A DNA stretch of 64,000 nucleotides, from the NCBI GenBank assembly GCA_015233615.1, contig JADFXJ010000002.1, positions 10,667 through 74,666 on the forward strand. Direction: 5' to 3'. Under the pieces are notes generated by a model. It was not told where the DNA came from and ran no database searches. It saw only the letters and a list, made by a program, of their open reading frames with translations. Of the stretch, positions 55,527 to 64,000 are shown piece after piece. Position 1 is the first letter of the stretch, and each line of letters starts with the position of its first letter. Made by a program: the position numbers and the translations under genes. Origin of the DNA: Nitrospirota bacterium (GTDB taxonomy: Bacteria; Nitrospirota; Thermodesulfovibrionia; Thermodesulfovibrionales; Magnetobacteriaceae).

Positions 55527-55801
55527 ACCCCGTAATCCTCCTGATACTTTATTTGATTAATTTTCCCTCTGCCATATAATAAACGGTTATGACCCATTTA
55601 GAAATACTTTGCAAATAGTAGCATACCCGATGTACTTAAGTCAATATTCGGAAGACGCTTTGTTCGGAAGACGCATATTCGTAAGAAACCCCTTTCCGGC
55701 AAACCCATTACACCGGTAAAGGAGCGATGTCGATTTTATAATTTGATTTTTTATACTGTTTCTTATTAAAATGGAATATAATAACTTAACAAGGGGGTTA
55801 G

Positions 55802-56134
55802 ATGGAAATAACCGAAAGGAAAGAAAACAACGTAATCGTGGTTTCAGTGGCCGGCCGGCTGGACGCTGTTACTGCAACCGGTTTCGAGAAGCACATGTCC
55901 ACCTTGATAAGTGGTGGAGAAAAGAAAGTAGTGGTGGACCTCGGTAGTCTGGAGTACATAAGCAGCGCAGGACTGAGGGGCATACTTTCTACCGCCAAGA
56001 AGCTTAAGGCCGAAAGCGGAGCTATGTATTTCGCCGGTCTGAGGGGCCCGGTAGCTGAGGTTTTCAAGATATCGGGGTTTTATTCCATATTTAAGATAGC
56101 CGATTCCGTGGAAACGGCTATAAAGCAAATATAA
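55802..56134 (+). CDS. STAS-domain anti-sigma-factor antagonist (SpoIIAA/RsbV-like)
   Basis: VVSVAGRLDAVTA...VVVDLGSLEYISSAGLRGIL includes the phosphorylatable Ser context (DLxxxxyISSaGL). Confidence 0.9.
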   Translation: MEITERKENNVIVVSVAGRLDAVTATGFEKHMSTLISGGEKKVVVDLGSLEYISSAGLRGILSTAKKLKAESGAMYFAGLRGPVAEVFKISGFYSIFKIADSVETAIKQI

Positions 56135-56144
56135 CGTTTGCGTT

Positions 56145-56579
56145 ATGGAAGCCCTTTTAAAAAAGCAAGTGCCGGCCAATCTGGAGAATCTTAACGACCT
56201 GATGGAGTTCATAGCTTCTTATGCGCTGGCTATGGGTTTTGAGAGAGACAGGATAGGCGAAATAGAGATCGCCGCGGAGGAAGCACTCGTAAACATCTTT
56301 AATTATGCTTATCAGAATAAGGACGGAGCGACGGAAACCGGTGACGTGGAGGTTGCTTGCGGCAAAGATGGTGAAAGTCTGATAGTCAGTATTACTGACG
56401 AGGGTTTGCCCTTTAACATTTTGGCGAAGGCCGATCCGGACATCTCCTCAACATTGGAAGAGCGTTCCATCGGTGGTTTAGGCATATATATGATAAAACA
56501 ATTTATGAATGGCGTACGGTACAACCGGGAAAACGGAAAAAACGTGCTCACACTGACGATAAATAAGCACCGCGGGTGA
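56145..56579 (+). CDS. anti-sigma regulatory factor, Ser/Thr kinase of the RsbW/SpoIIAB type
   Basis: GHKL ATPase motifs EEALVNIFNYAY (N box), ITDEGLPFN and GGLGIYMIKQFM. It lies adjacent to the STAS gene. Confidence 0.85.
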   Translation: MEALLKKQVPANLENLNDLMEFIASYALAMGFERDRIGEIEIAAEEALVNIFNYAYQNKDGATETGDVEVACGKDGESLIVSITDEGLPFNILAKADPDISSTLEERSIGGLGIYMIKQFMNGVRYNRENGKNVLTLTINKHRG

Positions 56580-56790
56580 TAATAAACACTATAGCGCGTC
56601 ATAGCGGAAACGTAACCGCTCACTATACGGAAACGTAACCTTTGGCTAAAGCGCAAACAATGGTATCAAAACGATAGTAACAGCGTTTCGACACGTAAAC
56701 GTTGAAACACATAAAAATCCTCTTGCTGCCACCGGCATTGAGCCCATAGGCTCAGAGACGGAGTGGTCCTTTAATTTTCTTCCTTAGAGG

Positions 56791-56869
56791 ACTAGACTGC
56801 CAACCCGCCAATACCACCCTCACGGGGGGTAGGAGGGTTGCGGCTGACGGCTCTAGCCGGCAGTGACGG
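56791..56869. repeat. family B element immediately upstream of the dual cNMP-binding gene
   Basis: actagactgccaacccgccaataccaccctcacggggggtaggagggttgcggctgacggctctagccggcagtgacgg. It ends about 20 nt before the SD/ATG at 56891. Confidence 0.8.
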
Positions 56870-56890
56870 ACTAAGGATAGGAGGTGTAAA

Positions 56891-58291
56891 ATGGAAAGAG
56901 TCTTTTCCTCGAATCTTTTCAACGAGCTGTACGTTACGATATCCAACGGCCAGTGGGAAGACGCCAACAACGCAGTCGAACTGATACTGGCCGGTTTTTT
57001 TTATCCCCAGCCGATACACGAGATTTTTAAAAGCTTTTGGGGCCGGGACATGACGGACGTGCTGAAGGATTTACAGTTACTTGAGGCTAAAGAAGGCCAG
57101 GTTATAGTAAAGGAAGGAGACGAAGGGGATTCGATGTTTATAATAGTAAAGGGGCGTGCAAGGGTGACCAGCAAGGCGGAAAAGGAGAAGCTGGGCATTC
57201 CCCTTCCCATATGCGTTATAAAGCACATGGTGGAAAACGTGGTGAGCGATGGCAAGGTAACCTTAGAAGAGATGGGGCCCGGTGAGATATTCGGCGAAAT
57301 GGCATTATTCGCTTCAGGCCACAGGATGGCAACGGTCACTGCGGTTACGGACATGGACCTGATAAGACTTCGGAGGTCCGCTCTGGACAAAATCTTCCAA
57401 AGAAGTCCCCGGTTCCACGAATACTTGTTGTCCCTGTATTCCGGGCATATTAACGATCTCGTGGAAAAATTGAAGCACGCGGCCTCCAACAGGGTTGGTT
57501 TACTGGGCACAATACTCGACTCCTTAAAGAGCGGCGGTAGTTCCCACCTCACGGATACCGTCGGCGTGGACAGACAAATAGCGGAGGACCCCGGCAATCC
57601 TCTCAATTATCTTATCAAGGCGGACCTGATGTTCAGGGAAAAGTTACACGGCGAGGCCGTAGACAACTATCTTAAGGCGGCATCCATGTTACGTGAGCAG
57701 GGTTTTTTCGGAAAGGCTCTTGCCATTTATAAGGTGGTGTCAAAGATAGACTACGGCAACGAGGCAGCAGCAACGGCCATTAGCGAAATGATCGCAGCCC
57801 ACCCTATCAGCAGAACTTCCACGCCGCTAAAATCCCTCGACAACAGCATCTTTTTGTCTCTCCTGTCACCCGAGGAGATACGGGATCTTTTAGAATCGAG
57901 CGAGGTGAAAACATTTTCCGCCGGCGGCAACGTCGTCAAAGAAGGGGATAGAGGAGATTGCGTTTACGTTGTCAAAAAGGGAACGGCCACGGTGGAGTCC
58001 ACCGTAATGGGTAAGAAGATTACTTACGCGCCGCTATCACCAGGGGATTTTTTCGGCGAAATAGCGCTTTTTACGAACGGCTTCAGAACGGCCTCGGTCA
58101 TAGCAGAAGGCGATCTCGAAGTGTACGAGATTACAAAACCACAGATAGAAAAACTGCTCGGTAAGAATCCCGAGGTGCTTTATTTCCTCGACAACCTCCA
58201 GCACCAGAGGCTTAACGAGACGATGAAGAACATAGACGAACTCAAGGGGGCCATGGCCGAGGCGGAAAAAGCATATAGGCACAAAGTTTAA
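56891..58291 (+). CDS. protein with two cyclic nucleotide-binding domains and a TPR-like linker
   Basis: Strong SD aggagg. The two cNMP cassettes are GEIFGEMALFASGHRMATVTA and GDFFGEIALFTNGFRTASVIA. Confidence 0.8.
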   Translation: MERVFSSNLFNELYVTISNGQWEDANNAVELILAGFFYPQPIHEIFKSFWGRDMTDVLKDLQLLEAKEGQVIVKEGDEGDSMFIIVKGRARVTSKAEKEKLGIPLPICVIKHMVENVVSDGKVTLEEMGPGEIFGEMALFASGHRMATVTAVTDMDLIRLRRSALDKIFQRSPRFHEYLLSLYSGHINDLVEKLKHAASNRVGLLGTILDSLKSGGSSHLTDTVGVDRQIAEDPGNPLNYLIKADLMFREKLHGEAVDNYLKAASMLREQGFFGKALAIYKVVSKIDYGNEAAATAISEMIAAHPISRTSTPLKSLDNSIFLSLLSPEEIRDLLESSEVKTFSAGGNVVKEGDRGDCVYVVKKGTATVESTVMGKKITYAPLSPGDFFGEIALFTNGFRTASVIAEGDLEVYEITKPQIEKLLGKNPEVLYFLDNLQHQRLNETMKNIDELKGAMAEAEKAYRHKV

Positions 58292-58397
58292 ATACGATAT
58301 CAAGTTTAAATACGATGGCAAGCCCGTTTACACAGAAAGAGGTTAGGCGGGTTCTGCATTTGACGCAAACTCTATATTTGGCACGGACTCTATAAAA

Positions 58398-59963
58398 ATG
58401 GATTCTAAACAAGTGGATTTCAGAAAAGAAGACGTAATATATAAAAATATATTGCAGAACATGACGGATGGTGTAATGACCGTCGATACCGAAGGACGGA
58501 TAATCACCTTTAACGAGGCCGCCGGGCGAATTCTTGAAATAAAGCCCGCCGACGCCTTAGACAGGAACTTTGGCGAGCTTTTTTTAGCCCGCGAGGGTAA
58601 CGACGACTTTACCGAAACCATCTTGTCGGCAGTGTACGAAAGCTCCGTTACCCACAAAAGAGTCGTCGACTATACTACCGGCACTACCGACGGTACCGGC
58701 ACCTACGGCACTACCGATACTACCGGCACTATCAACACCGACGGCTCTACCGACACCTCCGGCAACCTCGTCAAAACCCTCGCCATAACTACCTCTTACC
58801 TGATGGATCACTCGCACGGTGAAGCCTTGAAGCTGGGTGTCATAGCGGTCTTTAGCGACGTTACCGAGATAAACGAGTTGCGGGATGCCCTAAAAGCTAT
58901 GGAAATGATAAAACGTTTAAACGAAGAGCTCGGAAAGCGCAACAAGTTTATCCGCGAAGTCTTTGGCCGCTACGAAACGGACGCAGTGGTAGATCGCCTT
59001 ATCGAGACACCGGAGGGGCTTGACCTAGGTGGCAAAAAACAGGGGATAACCATCCTGATGAGCGACCTGAGGGGCTTTACCACCCTTTCGGAGCAACTTC
59101 GTCCGGAGATGGTGGTATCCATGATAAACAACTACCTGGGCGTAATGACCGACGTCATTCTACGGCACAACGGCACCATAAACGAGTTCATAGGCGATGC
59201 CATACTCATATTTTTCGGTGCTCCCGTCGAAACACCCGATCACGCAGAAAAGGCCATAGCCTGTGCCGTGGACATGCAGCTTGCGATGCGGCAGGTGAAT
59301 GAATGGAACAGGGTCCACGGTTTTCCGGAGCTGTCCATGGGAATCGGAATAAACACCGGTGACGTCGTAATAGGCAACATAGGCTCCAGCAGGCGGGCCA
59401 AGTACGGTGCCGTGGGCAAGAACATTAACCTGGCATCCCGTATAGAGTCTTACACGATAGGCGGGCAGATACTCGTGTCCGAAAGCACTCTCCAACACGC
59501 CGGTGAAGGCGTGAAAGTGAAGTCATTCAGCGTAGTGGAGCCAAAGGGGATTAAAAAGCCCATCACCATATACGACGTTTACGGCATAGGCGATTCTGTG
59601 CTGCCCATAGCCGTCGAACAACTACACCCTCTTACCGAAAGCCTCACGTTATATTTTAACGTCATCGAGGGCAAGCACAACGATACCGCCTCGGACTCCG
59701 GAGTGGTGCTGGAGATTGGCAAAACCGTGATGATTTTGCGCTCGCAATCGGTACTGGACAAGATGGACAACCTCAGAATGATGGTCGCAGACAGCCACCT
59801 TTCACTGGAGAACGAATACTTTTACGCGAAGGTAATCGAAGTGCTCGAAGCGCCGGGCACCGGCGGCAACGAGGGCGGCCGCTACAAGCTTGGCTACAGT
59901 TCCCTGCCCGGCAAAGTCAGGGAGTGCTTCGACAAGTATGCCGGTATGGTGGATCGGGGTTAG
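58398..59963 (+). CDS. PAS - class III nucleotidyl cyclase - uncharacterised C-terminal domain
   Basis: Cyclase motifs ILMSDLRGFTTLSE, INEFIGDAILIFFGAP, and GINTGDVVIGNIGSSRRAKYGAVGKNINLASRIES. The N-terminal region is PAS-like and interrupted by a Thr/Gly-rich repeat. Confidence 0.9.
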   Translation: MDSKQVDFRKEDVIYKNILQNMTDGVMTVDTEGRIITFNEAAGRILEIKPADALDRNFGELFLAREGNDDFTETILSAVYESSVTHKRVVDYTTGTTDGTGTYGTTDTTGTINTDGSTDTSGNLVKTLAITTSYLMDHSHGEALKLGVIAVFSDVTEINELRDALKAMEMIKRLNEELGKRNKFIREVFGRYETDAVVDRLIETPEGLDLGGKKQGITILMSDLRGFTTLSEQLRPEMVVSMINNYLGVMTDVILRHNGTINEFIGDAILIFFGAPVETPDHAEKAIACAVDMQLAMRQVNEWNRVHGFPELSMGIGINTGDVVIGNIGSSRRAKYGAVGKNINLASRIESYTIGGQILVSESTLQHAGEGVKVKSFSVVEPKGIKKPITIYDVYGIGDSVLPIAVEQLHPLTESLTLYFNVIEGKHNDTASDSGVVLEIGKTVMILRSQSVLDKMDNLRMMVADSHLSLENEYFYAKVIEVLEAPGTGGNEGGRYKLGYSSLPGKVRECFDKYAGMVDRG

Positions 59964-59991
59964 AACCTTCGAATACTCAAACATGGAAGGC

Positions 59992-60220
59992 TTAACGATA
60001 TAATTTAAAGAACTCTTCGACAGTTAACCCTGCTTTTTTGATTTCATGAAGCAATATAGGCTCTTTTATAGGCTTACCTTTATGGATAGGTAGAATGATA
60101 GTAGCTCCGTTTTTAGTAAGTTTTATATGGCTGCTTCTCCGTGATTTAAATACCCATCCTGCTTTCTTTTTGAAATGCCTTCAATACCCTATCCGGCTGT
60201 AAGTTGTTAAGTCCGGTCAT
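59992..60220 (-). pseudogene. hicA: hicA toxin gene with one frameshift
   Basis: MTGLNNLQPDRVLKAFQKE then, after a shift in the run caaaaagaaagc, AGWVFKSRRSSHIKLTKNGATIILPIHKGKPIKEPILLHEIKKAGLTVEEFFKL. The length of 229 nt is not a multiple of 3. Confidence 0.55.
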
Positions 60221-60234
60221 TAAGCTATATTTGA

Positions 60235-60450
60235 TTACGTGTTTTCCGTATCTTCAAGGTGAAGCTCCATTGCTTCCTTAATCATGTCAAGACTTTCCCC
60301 GACGGTATCACCCTGGGAAACAACGTCAAGCTCCGGACACTCTACCCAATAGCCACCGGCTTCCGTATCCGGATGTATAATAACCCCATATTGCCTGCCG
60401 TAAACGGTCACGGTATAATGTTTATCTTCAATCGTCATTGTTGTGGGCAT
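60235..60450 (-). CDS. hicB: HicB-family antitoxin (N-terminal domain type)
   Basis: YTVTVYGRQYGVIIHPDTEAGGYWVECPELDVVSQGDTVGESLDMIKEAMELHLE is the HicB fold pattern. The start is taken at the ATG at 60450. Confidence 0.7.
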   Translation of the reverse strand: MPTTMTIEDKHYTVTVYGRQYGVIIHPDTEAGGYWVECPELDVVSQGDTVGESLDMIKEAMELHLEDTENT

Positions 60451-60490
60451 AACATTAACTCCTTTCCTTGACTGTAACCGGTTTATCTTA

Positions 60491-61102
60491 TTATAACATA
60501 GGGGTGCGGCTTGAATCCACCCCATCTTTAAAATATAGAGTTGAAAGGGTGATGTCGAGTGATTGATTTTGCCCATTGAAAAAAACTTGATCATCGAGTT
60601 TTAGCTCTTTGAGGGGATCGAGTGGACTCACCCGGTAAACGTCAACAGGCGAGGACAGAAGAACGAGCATCTTAACCGGGGATAGAATGGGTTTCGGACT
60701 TTTATTCAGTGAAGACACGTCGCGAACTATGTTTATATTGTTTGATCGCAGCAGAAAGCCCGACTCGGTACCGTCTCTGTTCATTAACTCGAAGGGTACG
60801 TCATGAAGCCACTCTTCCTCCGAGTTGATTCTTATGGTAAGCAGGCCATGATTACCCACGTCAGCTATGAGCGATGCAAGATAACCCCGCCTCTTTTGCG
60901 TAGCAAAGACGTTGTCGTATATGTTCCTGCCTAACCTCTCAAGTTCGCCACGATCGAGGCTTTCGCCTTTTCGCAGCTTTTCCAGGTAGTGGTCAATGAA
61001 CTTAAATTGGGTCGGCTCATCGTCGATTCGTATACCGTGCGAATCTATGTATACGTCTATAATCTTATCGCTGCCGTTTCTCTCGCTCATCTGATTAGGC
61101 AT
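60491..61102 (-). pseudogene. N-terminal fragment of a CHAT-domain protein
   Basis: LLTIRINSEEEWLHDVPFELMNRDG..GFLLRSNNINIVRDV...PVKMLVLLSSPVD matches the region preceding and entering a CHAT domain. The ORF ends before any catalytic His/Cys and abuts hicB. Confidence 0.5.
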
Positions 61103-61313
61103 AGGATTAAGTGTATACTTTTCCAGAGCTTTAGGTCAATTGCCGATTTGCAAATCGTGTCTTTGCAAATCGGCCACTGTTGGCTGTAATACCAGGTTGC
61201 AATCAGTCCGATAATATTAATACCTATCAGGCATGAAGAATCGGCGAAGGAGATTAGCAACCCCCAATAATTATGGAGCATTTTGTTTCGAGCATAATTA
61301 ACGACAAAAGAGC

Positions 61314-63953
61314 CTAATTGCTTACGGTGACGGTTATCGTATTGGAAAAAAATGAGTCCGGGTCGACAACGCCGTTTGGATTTAAGTCGACTCCGAATGT
61401 AACGGTGTAGGTGCCGACGGGCAGTCCGCCGGTCTTAAGTACCTGCGTAGTTGGTATCGCAACCATGGGGCCCTGGTAGCTTACACCTGCACCCGCTATC
61501 CAGGCCACCCTGGCAGGATCGAAATGGTACGTGTTTCCGGAGCAGTCTTTCGCAAATAGCCACCAATCGGCCTTCATGTTGGTATAGATACCGGGAGACA
61601 GGCTGACCGTAAGGATAAGTACGTCCGACGATCTTATGGAGATGGAGGCATTGGTGCCGTTGGCATAGACCATCGGTATGGGATAGGGATTATTGCCGTA
61701 TATATTCAGCGTCCATGATTGAAACGTGCCGGTAAACCCCTGCGATCTATCCCTGACGGTAAGCGTCCAGGTGCCCCTGGTGTTTTCCCCTAAATGGCGT
61801 ACGGAGCCAAACTTCCAGTTGTTAAAGGCGTACGTGGATGGGCATGTAATGGTGTGTGACTCGGCCAGATTGCTTTTAGTTCCCGACGGAGACGTAAGAA
61901 TTACGTCAAGGTCCGCGAAACACTTGTGGTCGGGCGAGTTGAAGACTACTTCGACGAATTCCGCCATATAGGCGTTTGGCACGTAGATAGAGTCGGAAAC
62001 GCCGGTGGAGTTAAAATCCGGTATGGCCAGATTTGGATAAGAGGACAGTGACACTGTCGTTTCCGCGGGCAAGTTCTGCCATGTTTTTGCCACGTTTATG
62101 GCGTCGGCCACGTTTAACCTGCCAAAGCCGTACTTGTGGTTGACGTGTAGCCCGGCCGAGTTGGTGGTCCAATCCGTGTCGCCGGGGTCATTTTTTGTAG
62201 CAGAGGCCGCGACAATGAAACGCACGTCCCTGCGGGTAAGGTTGGGATTGGCCTCAAGCAGGAGTGCACCGGCACCGGCCGCAATGGGAGAGGCTGCCGA
62301 AGTACCGCCGAATTGGCTGGTATACTTGCCGTTCGATGTGAGTGTGGTAGTGGTTATGCCGAGGGTACCACCGCTCGATGGAGCGTTTACAAGTATGTTG
62401 GCGCCTTTTTCCGAGTAGTAGGCGTGGGTACCGTTGTTGGTAGTCGCCGATATGGCAAAGACGAAGCGGCTGTTGGCAAATCCGTCGTCATTCGAATTAT
62501 CGCCAACCACGTAGCCGTTGCCGCCGGCCCAAAAATAGAGGGATCCAAGGCCGCCCCTGCCGTTGGTAGCGCTTGACTCGAGTGCATCCAGGATGACGGG
62601 TGAGGGCCCTTCCAGGATGTCTCCGGTATCGTCCGGCCCCCAGCTATTGGTGTATATGTCTACAATGCCTGTGGCGCGGGTAAATGCGTCGGCTGCGTTG
62701 GAGTCGGTAAAGTTTTCCAGTAAGTTGTAAGCTACCAGGCCGGCCTCGGGCGCTACTCCGATAACGCCTATCCCGTTAAAACCTCGTGCCGCCGCTATGC
62801 CGCCACAGCTCGTACCGTGGGCGTCGCTTGAGTCGACGGCTGTTGGATCGCCGGTCATGGTAACGTAGTTGTAGCTTACGCCGGGGATTACGTTTGGTGA
62901 TAGATCTTCGTGGCCTATCTCCAGTCCGTCGTCAACTACGGCAATAACCTCTTTACCCGAAGCCCTGTACGTATCCCACACGGACTGGACGTCGATGTCC
63001 GCGCCTGTGGTGCCACCCCACTGGCCGGTATTATTAAGGTGCCATTCCTGGGAGTACTGAGGGTCGTTTGGAACGGCTTTTTCGGTTATACCGGAGGCTG
63101 TGGCGCCAATTATATTGCCGGTTGTATCTCTGGTTATATTGCCGGTTATATTGCCGGAAAATATCGTACCGTCTACCGTGCGTGCTTTTATGGGCCTTAG
63201 CCAGTTGGGATAGCAGTATTGCGTCTTACCCGTTGCGTAGATGGCGTTGGCAATACCAATAGGGTCGCCCGCTGTATCGTAAACGAAAACGCTTTCAATG
63301 CTTATGGCCGAATCCTCAAGCGCCTCCTCCCACGTGGTGTTTCCTGAAGCGCCTCCTTTCGAAATCGATGACAAGGGAGGCGCTTGTGGAAATGCCAGCC
63401 TCTTACCGGACAGATTGAAACGCTTCTCTATATCGCCGATGGCCCGTGCGGTTGTGCCGGCGCGGTACCTGACGATAATCTCACCCGTGAGCGCCATCCT
63501 TTGTGTCTTGTTTTTATTCGTGTAATAAACAGACGACAGGTATTTTACGCCTTCGAAACCTTGAAGGCCTTTAACCCGCCTGGAATGAGTTTGGGAAACG
63601 CCTTTGAGAAATATGGCGGAGGGGCGGCTTTCCGTTATCCCTGATCCGGGCCACAAGCTCGTTGTGGCCTTTTTTATGATTTCGTTGGCTTTGGACCGGG
63701 TGTTCTCCGCGCCATTGCCTTGCCCATAGGTGTCCAATATGAGAGCAACCTCGTCTTGTGAAGTCCAGGCCCGCATCAGAGTGTCTCCCTCATGCCAGGA
63801 TACGACTGCGTCAGTCGGGAGTGCCGGCACTTCCTTACCGCCGATCTGCCCTGCCATCGATATGCCTTCGCTAATAATAATGATAATGGCGGTAACAATG
63901 GCGATAATAATAATGGCAGCGAAAATCGATAAGACGATACGTGGTTTAGCCAT
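61314..63953 (-). CDS. membrane-anchored kexin/furin-like S8 serine protease with a P-domain and a C-terminal module
   Basis: Catalytic motifs VVDDGLEIGHEDL (D), DAHGTSCGGIAAA (H), NSWGPDDTG (N) and GGTSAASPIAAGAGALLLE (S). The P-domain-like segment is LDVILTSPSGT...TRGTWTLTVRD...SWTLNIYG. N-terminal TM segment. Confidence 0.9.
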   Translation of the reverse strand: MAKPRIVLSIFAAIIIIAIVTAIIIIISEGISMAGQIGGKEVPALPTDAVVSWHEGDTLMRAWTSQDEVALILDTYGQGNGAENTRSKANEIIKKATTSLWPGSGITESRPSAIFLKGVSQTHSRRVKGLQGFEGVKYLSSVYYTNKNKTQRMALTGEIIVRYRAGTTARAIGDIEKRFNLSGKRLAFPQAPPLSSISKGGASGNTTWEEALEDSAISIESVFVYDTAGDPIGIANAIYATGKTQYCYPNWLRPIKARTVDGTIFSGNITGNITRDTTGNIIGATASGITEKAVPNDPQYSQEWHLNNTGQWGGTTGADIDVQSVWDTYRASGKEVIAVVDDGLEIGHEDLSPNVIPGVSYNYVTMTGDPTAVDSSDAHGTSCGGIAAARGFNGIGVIGVAPEAGLVAYNLLENFTDSNAADAFTRATGIVDIYTNSWGPDDTGDILEGPSPVILDALESSATNGRGGLGSLYFWAGGNGYVVGDNSNDDGFANSRFVFAISATTNNGTHAYYSEKGANILVNAPSSGGTLGITTTTLTSNGKYTSQFGGTSAASPIAAGAGALLLEANPNLTRRDVRFIVAASATKNDPGDTDWTTNSAGLHVNHKYGFGRLNVADAINVAKTWQNLPAETTVSLSSYPNLAIPDFNSTGVSDSIYVPNAYMAEFVEVVFNSPDHKCFADLDVILTSPSGTKSNLAESHTITCPSTYAFNNWKFGSVRHLGENTRGTWTLTVRDRSQGFTGTFQSWTLNIYGNNPYPIPMVYANGTNASISIRSSDVLILTVSLSPGIYTNMKADWWLFAKDCSGNTYHFDPARVAWIAGAGVSYQGPMVAIPTTQVLKTGGLPVGTYTVTFGVDLNPNGVVDPDSFFSNTITVTVSN

Positions 63954-64000
63954 TAAGCCTCCGATGAATAGATTAAACCGTTTATGAATAGAACGTCGTA

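Noticed and set aside
1-64000. Scan for tRNA, rRNA, tmRNA and known riboswitch-like signatures
   Set aside because: I found no T-loop (GGTTCGAATCC-like) context outside coding regions, no rRNA-like stretches, and no recognisable riboswitch cores. A covariance-model scan (tRNAscan-SE, Infernal/Rfam) would be needed to be certain.

Overview
A 64-kb chromosomal window from a Gram-negative, probably anaerobic bacterium. It carries a multihaem c-type cytochrome, a DsrE/F/H-like gene trio and very dense PAS/HD-GYP/MCP signalling. A Desulfobacterota- or Nitrospirota-like origin is only a guess. I support about 60 protein-coding genes, 6 pseudogene or relic loci, and several families of short interspersed and tandem repeats. 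I saw no rRNA, tRNA or CRISPR array. Housekeeping genes: the end of a phosphohexomutase, a TIGR01212 radical SAM protein, a GT9 heptosyltransferase, pirin, pstB-phoU, aroD, tag, an aspartate-type aminotransferase, era-(bifunctional nuclease)-recO, and ogt. Accessory blocks: (i) An AT-rich island at about 7.5-11.9 kb with two transposase relics, a TIR-FGE/SUMF1 fusion gene, a decayed higA and an intact mqsR-mqsA pair. (ii) A cusCBA-type efflux operon led by a Met-rich FixH/YtkA-like gene, next to a cupredoxin gene. (iii) A signalling-rich region: a hybrid kinase plus CheY, two more PAS kinases, two HD-GYP proteins, two paralogous MCPs sharing a 326-bp identical tract, a STAS/RsbW-like pair, a dual cNMP-binding protein, and a PAS-class III cyclase whose specificity positions read Glu/Gly. 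(iv) relE/parE-type and hicBA toxin-antitoxin loci, plus two separated fragments of CHAT-type genes. (v) A membrane-anchored kexin-like S8 protease that shares a C-terminal module with the cupredoxin. The best candidate for an undescribed system is the single-gene TIR-FGE fusion in the IS/TA island. The second is the partner-switch/cNMP/cyclase cluster. All family calls come from motif recognition by eye, and no database search was run.
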